64,000 nt of DNA from Vicinamibacteria bacterium (lineage in GTDB: Bacteria; Acidobacteriota; Vicinamibacteria; Marinacidobacterales; Marinacidobacteraceae): assembly GCA_964291235.2 (NCBI GenBank), contig OZ219815.1:672001-736000 (forward strand). The letters run 5' to 3'. Under the pieces are notes generated by a model. That model was not told the DNA's origin and did no database searches. It saw nothing but the letters and a program-made list of their open reading frames with translations. The translations under genes were made by a program, and so were the position numbers. Shown here piece after piece: positions 28,774-37,044 of the stretch (position 1 is its first letter; each line of letters starts with the position of its first letter).

Positions 28774-29550
28774 TCAGACGCTGGCCAGTGCCGGTTCGGT
28801 GGCAGTCCGGAGGAACGCCGAGGGATCCGGGGCGCGCATCAGCGCGGTTCCGATCAGGACGGCATCCGCCCGTCCCCGCAGTTCGCCGAGATGCGCCGGC
28901 TCAAGGTACCCGCTTTCCGCCACCGCTATCCGCGCGGAGGGAACCCGCGGCAGCAGCGCCGCGGCACGCCGGCGGTCGGTCTCCAGGGTGTCGAGATCCC
29001 GGTTGTTGATCCCGACGATCGCCTCCGGAAGCGCCAGCGCCCGGTCAAGCTCCGCCGCGTCATGGACCTCGACGAGCACGTCGAGTCCCAGGGATCGGGC
29101 CTCTCCGTAAAGAAGCTGAAGGCGGGCCTCATCGAGGCAGCGCACGATGAGCAGGACGGCGGAAGCCCCCGCGGCCCAACCGGCCCGGACCTGCACCGGA
29201 TCCACAACGAAGTCCTTCATCAGGATGGGCAGCGAGGAAGCAACCGAGGCGGCCTGCAGGTCCTCGAGGCAACCCCCGAAGGCGTCCGGGTCGGTCAGTA
29301 CGGAAACGGCAGATGCGCCAGCTTTCCGATAGGCCACGGCGCGGGCCGCCGGATCGTCGTCGCGAATGGCGCCGGCGCTCGGGCTCTTCCGCTTGAACTC
29401 GGCGATCACCGACAGGCGGGTGCGTCCGCCGATCGCGTTCTTGAAAGAAGGTGGCTCCCGCTCCGGCATTCCGGGCGGCGGAGCGGCCGCCAGGCGCTCC
29501 GCTCTCGCTTCGGCGCCCCGGATCAGTCGGGCCAGCACCCGGTTGGTCAC
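28774..29550 (-). CDS. trpC: Indole-3-glycerol phosphate synthase
   Basis: IAEFKRKSPS, SVLTD, KDF, GINNRDL, ESG. Confidence 0.94.
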   Translation of the reverse strand: MTNRVLARLIRGAEARAERLAAAPPPGMPEREPPSFKNAIGGRTRLSVIAEFKRKSPSAGAIRDDDPAARAVAYRKAGASAVSVLTDPDAFGGCLEDLQAASVASSLPILMKDFVVDPVQVRAGWAAGASAVLLIVRCLDEARLQLLYGEARSLGLDVLVEVHDAAELDRALALPEAIVGINNRDLDTLETDRRRAAALLPRVPSARIAVAESGYLEPAHLGELRGRADAVLIGTALMRAPDPSAFLRTATEPALASV

Positions 29551-30578
29551 GCCGGGACCATGCCCGTCATGCGCATGCTCGTTTCGACGTAACGCTCCAG
29601 GGTCCGCAAGGCGCGGCCGGATGCCAGGGTTTCCAGCGCGCTCCGTACTCCCGCCTGGAGGTCCGGCGCGAGGCCCGCCACGGTGAGTGCGGCTCCCGCG
29701 TTCGCGGCCACCACGTCCCGTCTCGGCCCCTGATCCTTCCCGGAGAGCACTCCCCTGAGGATTTCGGCGTTCTCGGCGGTTCCGCCGCCCCGGAGTTCGT
29801 CGATCGGCGCGCTCTGCAGTCCGAGCTCCGAGACCTGAATCTCCACCGGGCGGACCTCCCCGTCGCTCAGCGCATGCCCCTTGGTGGTGGCGTGCAGCCC
29901 GATTTCGTCAAGGCCGTCGCAGTGCACCACGAGCGCCGAAGCCGAGCCCAGTTCGGCGAGCGCTCCGGCCACCGTCTCGGTCAATGCCGGGTCGTAAACG
30001 CCGATCAACTGGCGCTCCGCGAGGGCCGGATTCGCCAGCGGCCCGAGGACGTTGAAAAGCGTGCGGATGCCGAGAGCGCGGCGGGCGGGTCCGACGTGCG
30101 CCATCGCCGGGTGGAAGGCCGGGGCAAAGAGGAAGACGAAACCCGTGGAGTCGAGAATGCGGGATGCCTGCCCCGGCTCGAGGTGGAGAGGCGCTCCGCA
30201 CGCCTCCAGGACGTCGGCGCTACCGGTGATCGAGGACACGCTTCGATTCCCGTGCTTGGCGACGGCGCCGCCGGCAGCCGCCACGACCAAAGCCGAAGCC
30301 GTCGAGATGTTGAACGTGCCGCTCTTGTCACCGCCGGTTCCGCAGGTGTCCACCAGTGGCCGGACCTGTGACATCACGGCCTTGCGGTGGTTCCGGAGCG
30401 CCCGGGCGCAAGCGGCAAGGGTGGCCGCGTCGGGCTCGCTGACCCGAAGCGCGACGAGGAGTCCCGCCGTCTGGGCCACATCGCTCTCGCCGGAGAGGAT
30501 TCGATGGAGGGCAGCCTCCAGCGCGCCGGATTCGGCAGATTCGCCAGAAAGGAGAGTTTCGAGAAGTGGGGCGATCAA
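29547..30578 (-). CDS. trpD: Anthranilate phosphoribosyltransferase
   Basis: DTCGTGGD, FNIST, KHGNRSVSS; TTG start at 30578 with AAGGAG SD. Confidence 0.93.
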   Translation of the reverse strand: MIAPLLETLLSGESAESGALEAALHRILSGESDVAQTAGLLVALRVSEPDAATLAACARALRNHRKAVMSQVRPLVDTCGTGGDKSGTFNISTASALVVAAAGGAVAKHGNRSVSSITGSADVLEACGAPLHLEPGQASRILDSTGFVFLFAPAFHPAMAHVGPARRALGIRTLFNVLGPLANPALAERQLIGVYDPALTETVAGALAELGSASALVVHCDGLDEIGLHATTKGHALSDGEVRPVEIQVSELGLQSAPIDELRGGGTAENAEILRGVLSGKDQGPRRDVVAANAGAALTVAGLAPDLQAGVRSALETLASGRALRTLERYVETSMRMTGMVPA

Positions 30579-30716
30579 GGGTATTGGCTCCTTGGGTGGT
30601 GGGTGACGGTCACTGCGTCCCGAACCGGGAACCTCAGAGCCTTGGCGGGCGCTTTTGGGGCGCCCTCTCGCGCCGTCGTCCAGAGACGTCCCGGGTCGGG
30701 CCGCCTCCCGCCGCAA

Positions 30717-30821
30717 TCAGTGGATCAAACGGACGCGAGACGAGCCCGGCCTAAAGCAAAATCGCCATCGCCACAGCCATTGCCGTGACGGACGCGACCG
30801 GGTTGCCTCGCTGAGGGTCAT
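30717..30821 (-). CDS. trpL: Putative trp operon leader peptide (34 aa, MTLSEATRSRPSRQWLWRWRFCFRPGSSRVRLIH)
   Basis: Three clustered Trp codons directly upstream of trpD; TACAAT -10 box 9 nt before the ATG. Confidence 0.7.
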   Translation of the reverse strand: MTLSEATRSRPSRQWLWRWRFCFRPGSSRVRLIH

Positions 30822-30830
30822 GGGGCCGGC

Positions 30831-30836
30831 ATTGTA
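30831..30836 (-). promoter_or_regulatory. -10 element (TACAAT) for trp leader/operon
   Basis: Near-consensus hexamer in a GC-rich background just upstream of the leader ATG. Confidence 0.5.
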
Positions 30837-30926
30837 GCGAAGCAATCTCCCGAGCGGAATCGCAACCCCCGGCCGCTCCGGGCGGGATCCTGGCCAGACG
30901 CGCTGACCGCACCCCCACGCGGTTTG

Positions 30927-30951
30927 GCAGCCTGTGGCAAAACCCACGCGG
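30927..30951. repeat. End fragment of the 185 bp element
   Basis: gcagcctgtggcaaaacccacgcgg nearly matches the reverse complement of the right end of copy 1. Confidence 0.65.
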
Positions 30952-31017
30952 GTTTCCCCACCGGCCGTTACGGCGGCGCGCGCCGGTGGCCGCCGGAGGG
31001 AGGCGTAGAATCGGATC

Positions 31018-32595
31018 ATGGTCGGTACAGCGGGAACATTCGGAAAAAAGGGCGGGGTCGCGCTGGCGATCCTGGTCGCGGGAGTCACGGGCGGCTGCAA
31101 CGGTTCGGAACCGACAGCCGCGCCCGGTCTCGACGTCGTGGAACTCGACATCGCCGGAATCCACCGCGGCCTCCAGGACGGAGAGTTCACCTGTACCGAG
31201 TTGGTGGAGGCCTACCTCGCCCGCATCGAGGCCTACGACCGGCAGGGGCCGGCCCTCCACGCAATCGTGATGGTCAACCCCGAAGCCGTAGCGCGCGCCC
31301 GGGAAGCCGACGAACGCCTCGCGGCTGCCGGGTTCAGCCCGGAGCGGCCCCTCGAGTGCGTGCCGATGATCGTCAAGGACAACTACGACACCGCGGACCT
31401 GCCCACGACCGCGGGGTCGGCGTCGCTCCAGGACTCGCTGCCCCCCGACGACGCCTTTCAGGTGCGGAAGATCCGGGAGGCGGGCGCCATCGTCCTCGCG
31501 AAGTCGAACATGGCCGAGTTTGCCTTCAGTCCCTATGAAAGCCTCGGCTCCGTGGTCCCCGGTCACACCCGCAATCCCTACGACCCCTACCGCGTTCCCG
31601 CCGGCTCTTCCGGCGGAACCGGCGCCGCGGTGGCCGCGAGCTTCGGCGCCGCCGGGCTGGGTACCGACACCGGCAACTCCATCCGCGGGCCTTCTTCCCA
31701 CAACGCGCTCTTCGGGATCCGGTCCACGATGGGGCTCACCAGCCGTGATGGGATCGTTCCCCTGAATCTGTTCCGGGACGTTGGCGGCCCGATGGCGCGC
31801 ACCGTCGAGGACGGAGTGCGGGTGTTCGACGTGCTGGCGGGGCCGGATCCGGCGGACCCGGCGACCGCCGGATTCGAACGCGAGGCCGACTATCTGCAAT
31901 ATCTCGACGCCGGCCCGCTGACCGATGTCCGCATCGGCGTAGTCCGCCAGCTCAGCGACACCGATACCGCCGACGCCGAAATCGGGGCACTCTTCGAGGC
32001 GTCCCTCGCGAGTCTCGAGGAACTCGGGGCGACCGTCGTGGATCCGGTGAGGATCGAGGGGCTCGACGCCCCGGGATCGCTCTGGTGCAATCCGTTCCGC
32101 GCTCAACTCGAGAGTTATCTGGACAGCCTCGGGCCGGACGCTCCGGTCACGACGCTGGCGGCGATCGTGGAGGGAGGCGACTATCACCCCTCCATTGGCG
32201 CCCGGCTCGAAACGGCGCTCGAGGTTGAAGGCGAGCCGGATGAACTGTGCTCCGAGGCCAACGGCCGGGCGTCCGAGCTTCGGGAGGAGGTCGGAAACCT
32301 CTTCGCCGGGGAAAACCTCACCGCCCTGGCGTTCCCGAGCTGGAGCAACCCGCCCAGGCTGCTGGGGGACCTGACCACTCCCGATGGCAACAACTCGCCC
32401 CAGTTGTCCCCGCCCACCGGTTTCCCGGCGGTCACCGTTCCCATGGGATTCACTCCCGCCGGACTGCCGGGCGGGCTCCAACTGCTGGGAGACTCCCTGG
32501 GCGAGGGCGCGCTGTTCCGGATCGCCTACGCCTACGAACAGGCAACCGGCCATCGAAGCCCGCCGTCCACCACGCCGCCCCTGACGGGTCGGTAG
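31018..32595 (+). CDS. Amidase signature family lipoprotein
   Basis: VKDN, AGSSGGT, GTDTGNSIRGPS catalytic Ser-cisSer-Lys; lipobox TGGC. Confidence 0.92.
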   Translation: MVGTAGTFGKKGGVALAILVAGVTGGCNGSEPTAAPGLDVVELDIAGIHRGLQDGEFTCTELVEAYLARIEAYDRQGPALHAIVMVNPEAVARAREADERLAAAGFSPERPLECVPMIVKDNYDTADLPTTAGSASLQDSLPPDDAFQVRKIREAGAIVLAKSNMAEFAFSPYESLGSVVPGHTRNPYDPYRVPAGSSGGTGAAVAASFGAAGLGTDTGNSIRGPSSHNALFGIRSTMGLTSRDGIVPLNLFRDVGGPMARTVEDGVRVFDVLAGPDPADPATAGFEREADYLQYLDAGPLTDVRIGVVRQLSDTDTADAEIGALFEASLASLEELGATVVDPVRIEGLDAPGSLWCNPFRAQLESYLDSLGPDAPVTTLAAIVEGGDYHPSIGARLETALEVEGEPDELCSEANGRASELREEVGNLFAGENLTALAFPSWSNPPRLLGDLTTPDGNNSPQLSPPTGFPAVTVPMGFTPAGLPGGLQLLGDSLGEGALFRIAYAYEQATGHRSPPSTTPPLTGR

Positions 32596-32659
32596 TTCGC
32601 CTCCGTCGTTGGGAGGCGAACTCCTTCGCTAAACTCCCAGCGCCAGCGCTCGGAAACCC

Positions 32660-33004
32660 ATGCCCATCTATGAATATCGTTGCGACGCGTGCGATCAGGT
32701 GTTCGAAGCGATACAGCGCCTCAAGGACGAACCACTCGATGCCTGCCGGCACTGTGGGGGAGCCGCCCGCCGGATCGTCTCCAGTCCGGCCATCCAGTTC
32801 CTGGGCAGCGGTTGGTACGTGACCGACTACGCCCGGAAGGGGAGCAACGGCGCCAACGGGTCCTCCGCAAAGGGCGGCTCGCCGGGCAATTCCGACTCGG
32901 GAAGCGAGGCCGGCAAAGCGGATTCGGGCAAGAAGGCTGGCGCGCCCGGCACCGAAAAGTCCTCACCTTCCGGAAACGAGTCGCGGACCGGCTCACCGAC
33001 CTAG
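32660..33004 (+). CDS. FmdB family zinc-ribbon protein
   Basis: MPIYEYRCDAC...CRHC...FLGSGWYVTDY. Confidence 0.9.
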   Translation: MPIYEYRCDACDQVFEAIQRLKDEPLDACRHCGGAARRIVSSPAIQFLGSGWYVTDYARKGSNGANGSSAKGGSPGNSDSGSEAGKADSGKKAGAPGTEKSSPSGNESRTGSPT

Positions 33005-33009
33005 CAGCC

Positions 33010-33984
33010 GTGCCGCCTTCGGCGCGCGGCCGCCTCTTGCAGAGGAGTCAGCCGAGCGTCACCCGGCTGCTGATCGCGGCCTCTCTCCTCACGCCCGTTG
33101 CCGCGTCCGCCGCTGCTCCGCAGGACCCGGACGCCGCGGCCCGGGAATGTGAGGCCGCAGCCCAGGCATCTGATTGGGCAGCGGCGGTGACGCACTGCGA
33201 AGCCGCGATCGGGGCGCTTCCGGACGCCTACGGCATCCACTACTTCCTCGGGTTCGCATACCAGGCGAGGCAGGAATGGGAGAAGGCGGGCGGCGCTTTC
33301 GAATCCTTCATGTCGGCGGTCGAGGAATTACCGGCGGACGGACCGCGCCCGCAGGATCAGCTCGCAGTGGCGGCGCGAAATGCCGGACTCGCGTGGTTTC
33401 GCGCCGGAAACTTGACAAGCGCCCTTCCCTTGTTGCGGCGCGCCGCCGCGGCCGACGCGGCGGACGCCGAGGTTCATTTCTTCCTGGGTGTCGGGTTGAT
33501 GCAGGAGGGTGATCGGGAAGGCGCCGAGGCGGCCTTTGGTGTCGTGGCGCGGGAAGCCCCCCAGATCAGCCAGGCGGAGTTCTTCCTGGGACAACTGCGC
33601 TATGACGCCGGGGACTACGACGCGGCGCTCACCCATCTCGCCGAGTACCTGCATGCGGCGCCCGACGGGCCGTTCGCGGCGGAAGCACACTGGATGGCCG
33701 GATCCATAGCGCTCCGGGCGTCGGAATCCGGTGCGGCCGATTCGGACACGGCGGCAAACGAGGCCCGCGACCATTTCGCGGCGCTCCTCGAAGTGGAGCC
33801 GGACAGTGCCCGCGCGGCGCTGGCGCACTATTTTCTCGGAACCATCGCGGCGGACCGGGAGGCGTGTGAGCAAGCTCGCCACCACTACGAGGACTTCCTC
33901 CGGATCGCGCCGGAGCACGAACGCGCTTCGGAGGTGAGGGGTTACCTCGCCGAGGGCTTCTCCCCCTGCGAGCCTCCGGCTTGA
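33010..33984 (+). CDS. Secreted Cys-paired TPR protein, paralog 1
   Basis: Signal peptide, C-x15-C module, TPR repeats; start uncertain. Confidence 0.75.
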   Translation: MPPSARGRLLQRSQPSVTRLLIAASLLTPVAASAAAPQDPDAAARECEAAAQASDWAAAVTHCEAAIGALPDAYGIHYFLGFAYQARQEWEKAGGAFESFMSAVEELPADGPRPQDQLAVAARNAGLAWFRAGNLTSALPLLRRAAAADAADAEVHFFLGVGLMQEGDREGAEAAFGVVAREAPQISQAEFFLGQLRYDAGDYDAALTHLAEYLHAAPDGPFAAEAHWMAGSIALRASESGAADSDTAANEARDHFAALLEVEPDSARAALAHYFLGTIAADREACEQARHHYEDFLRIAPEHERASEVRGYLAEGFSPCEPPA

Positions 33985-34112
33985 TCGCGGATTCCGGAAT
34001 TCGCCCAATCCCCAAGGCCTATGCTAGTTTCCCGCACTTCGCACGGGCAGCGACCGCTGAATCAGAGTGCCCTCCACGGGCGTCCGGCCAACCCGTCAAG
34101 GAGAAATCCGCC

Positions 34113-35165
34113 ATGCACACCCGATTCCTGACCCTGTTCCTGGTCCTCCTGGTTAGCTTCGTCGTCGGAGGAGCCAGCGCCGCAGCGCAGGATGTGGACC
34201 CGGAAAAGGCCGCCGCCTGCCTGGCGGCAGTGGACGGCCAGAACTACGAACAGGTTCTCGCCGCCTGTCCCGAAGTCCTGGAGACCCTGCCCGAGGATCA
34301 CCCGTACTACGCCCACTGGTCGCAAACCGTGAACTACGCCTACAGCCTCCAGTGCCAGCCAGCGTTTGAAGCCCAACAGTGGGCCAGCGTCATTACCTAC
34401 TGCGAAATGGCGATCCAGGCGAACCCGGGAGCGTTCATCATGAACTACTTCCTCGGCGTCGCCTACCAGACCCAACAGAACTGGGAAAACACCGCCGTCA
34501 ACTTCGCCGCTTTCCTGACCGGGGTCCAGGGGAATTCGGAGGCAGCGTCGCAACTCTCGGAGCAGGTGGCCACTGCCCAGCGGTCCGGCGGCATCGCCTA
34601 CGCCCGCGTCAACGCGATGCAGGACGCCATTCCCCTGCTGCAGGCAGCCGCGCGAGCGAACGGGTCCGACGTGGAAGTGCACTACCGGCTGGCGGTCGCT
34701 CTCCTCAGTACCGGTGACTCCGCGGGCGCCGAGCGGGCGTTCTCGGTCGTGATCGACAATGCTCCCAACCCCATCGCGAGCGTGCTGTTCCTCGCTGGCC
34801 AGCTCAACTACAACGCGGGCGATTACGCCAAGGCCGACACCCGGCTGAGCGCCTACCTGGCCGCGGCTCCAGGAGACAAGGGCGTTCCGGACGCTCACTT
34901 CATGCTCGCGCAGGCGCTCCAGGGGTCGAACGAGGACCGCGCCGTCACCCACTACCAGGGATTCCTCTCCGGCGCAGCGGGAGGGGATCCGCGCGTCGTG
35001 GACGCCAACTTCGCTCTCGGAACCATCTTCTACAACCGCGATGACTGCGGAAACGCCGAGCAGCACTACCAGGCGTTCATGGAAATGGCGCCGGATCATG
35101 CGAACGCCGCCCAGGTCACCGAAATTCTGGCGTCGATCGCAGAAGGCGGTTGCGAGGGAGGCTGA
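34113..35165 (+). CDS. Secreted Cys-paired TPR protein, paralog 2
   Basis: SD AAGGAG, signal peptide, two C-x15-C modules, TPRs, ends CEGG. Confidence 0.85.
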   Translation: MHTRFLTLFLVLLVSFVVGGASAAAQDVDPEKAAACLAAVDGQNYEQVLAACPEVLETLPEDHPYYAHWSQTVNYAYSLQCQPAFEAQQWASVITYCEMAIQANPGAFIMNYFLGVAYQTQQNWENTAVNFAAFLTGVQGNSEAASQLSEQVATAQRSGGIAYARVNAMQDAIPLLQAAARANGSDVEVHYRLAVALLSTGDSAGAERAFSVVIDNAPNPIASVLFLAGQLNYNAGDYAKADTRLSAYLAAAPGDKGVPDAHFMLAQALQGSNEDRAVTHYQGFLSGAAGGDPRVVDANFALGTIFYNRDDCGNAEQHYQAFMEMAPDHANAAQVTEILASIAEGGCEGG

Positions 35166-35379
35166 GCCTCAAGAACGGCCCCGCCGGTCAATCCGCGCGC
35201 GTTCCTCGCGGACCGCCCGACTGGATGACAACCCGCTGATCCACCTTTGTTTTCCCTTTTTTACCCCTACCCGTTTCCTGTGCTAGGCTGGCTCGTTCCA
35301 TTACGGGGGACGGGGTAATGGGGGTTTAGCCGGCAATCGCCGGTTGCAGCGCCCCGCCCGACCTCGAGGAGGTTCTGTC

Positions 35380-36474
35380 ATGTCACTCCGGAGCAACACT
35401 GGACTCCCGCTTCTGCTCGTTGCGACGTTCATCTTCCCCGCTCTTGCGCTCTCCGCCGCGCTCCCTCACCCCGCCGTGCAGGACGATCCGGACGAGGTTT
35501 GCGAGGCCGCCATCGAGAGCCAGGTCTGGGAAGATGTGATCGCGACTTGCGAACCGCTGCTCTCGGTTCACGACGAGAGCCACCCTTCGTGGGAGTTCTA
35601 CAAAGAGAACGTCGAGTACGCCCACACCACCATCAACTACCAGAACCAGCAGCAGTGCGTAGAGTCGGCGCAGGCCGGCGCCTGGGACACCACCCTCACG
35701 GCGTGTCCCGCAATCCTCGCCACCGCTCCCGACTTTCTCGTCGCCCATCTCTTCCTCGGCTACGCCCATCAGGCCAAGGGAAGCGCGACGGAAGCCATCG
35801 AATCGTTCGAGGACTTTCTTGGCGCCGCCGATGCGAATCCGGAGATGGCCGCCCAACTCGGCGATCAGATCGCCGATGCCCGTCGGAGAGTCGCGATCAG
35901 CCGCATCGAGATGGGCGACCGGGAAGCGGCGATTCCGCTGCTTCGCCAGGTCGCGGAAGCCGATCCGAGCGACGCGGAGGTCCACTTCCGGCTTGGATTC
36001 GCGCTGCTCCAGGCGGAGGACAACGCGGGTGCCGAGGCGTCGTTCACGGCCGTGATCGACCTGAATCCGGACATCCCCCAGTTGCCCCAGGTTCTGTTCC
36101 TCGCCGGCCAGCTCGCCTACAACGACCAGCAGTTCGACACCGCTGCGGAACGCTTGAACGCGTACCTCGAGCGGGAACCGGAGGGGCAGTACGCCACCGA
36201 CATCCACTGGATGCTCGGGTTCATCGCTGGCCGCAACGACGACCAGCGCGGCATGATGCGCCACTACGGCGCCGCACTCGCGGCGGATCCCAACAATCCG
36301 AACGCCAGGGACGCGAACTACTCACTGGGCGTAATCGCCTTCAACGGCGGCCAGTGCAGCACGGCGGAGCGCTACTTCAGAGCGTTCCTCCGCCTGGCGA
36401 GGGGTGACTCGCGAGCCGCGGACGTCGAGGACATGATTCTCGACATCGAGGACGGCGTCTGCGAAGGGGGCTGA
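35380..36474 (+). CDS. Secreted Cys-paired TPR protein, paralog 3
   Basis: SD GAGGAGG, signal peptide, two C-x15-C modules, TPRs, ends CEGG. Confidence 0.85.
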   Translation: MSLRSNTGLPLLLVATFIFPALALSAALPHPAVQDDPDEVCEAAIESQVWEDVIATCEPLLSVHDESHPSWEFYKENVEYAHTTINYQNQQQCVESAQAGAWDTTLTACPAILATAPDFLVAHLFLGYAHQAKGSATEAIESFEDFLGAADANPEMAAQLGDQIADARRRVAISRIEMGDREAAIPLLRQVAEADPSDAEVHFRLGFALLQAEDNAGAEASFTAVIDLNPDIPQLPQVLFLAGQLAYNDQQFDTAAERLNAYLEREPEGQYATDIHWMLGFIAGRNDDQRGMMRHYGAALAADPNNPNARDANYSLGVIAFNGGQCSTAERYFRAFLRLARGDSRAADVEDMILDIEDGVCEGG

Positions 36475-36500
36475 CCGGCACGTCAAGCCACGGTCCGCGG

Positions 36501-36528
36501 ACGCCGCGGGGGTTTTGCCACAGGCTGT
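36501..36528. repeat. End fragment of the 185 bp element
   Basis: acgccgcgggggttttgccacaggctgt identical to 218-245. Confidence 0.75.
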
Positions 36529-36555
36529 CGAGGGATCGTCGAAAGTCCGCGGGGA

Positions 36556-37029
36556 TCAACCCCGGCGGAACCCTGCCGCTTCTTCCGTGCGCCGCAGGTA
36601 GCGGGGAAGCAGCGGAGGGTCCATGAAGGCGATCCGCTGCCGCTCCACGACCCACAACCGGGCGAGCAGGACGTTCAGATAGCGGAGTTCGTCCAGGGAG
36701 TAGCGGACCTCGCCGTGCTCGTACCGCCGGAGCCAGTGGCCCGGGAGATCCCTCGCGATCTCATACCAGTGAGAATCGACGGTCGCAGTGACCCGGCGGG
36801 CCGCTTCGACGGTGTGAGCCATCAGGTACAGCACCGAGTCCGGTTCGAGTAGGCGGCTGCTCGCGGCAACCGAGCGGATCCCGCGCAGGAGATAGATCAG
36901 GCACCACCGCACCTCCGGAGTGAGCGACTGCGGATCGGCGAGCATTCGCGGCGCCAGGAATGCGGCCGCCCCCTGCTCGTCGTCGAACAGGAGCCGGTAG
37001 AGCTCGGCGCGCAGCATGTCTCTGGGCAT
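36556..37029 (-). CDS. Hypothetical protein
   Basis: 157 aa ORF with protein-like composition directly after the FG-GAP gene. Confidence 0.6.
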   Translation of the reverse strand: MPRDMLRAELYRLLFDDEQGAAAFLAPRMLADPQSLTPEVRWCLIYLLRGIRSVAASSRLLEPDSVLYLMAHTVEAARRVTATVDSHWYEIARDLPGHWLRRYEHGEVRYSLDELRYLNVLLARLWVVERQRIAFMDPPLLPRYLRRTEEAAGFRRG

Positions 37030-37044
37030 GACCCACTCGATGAC

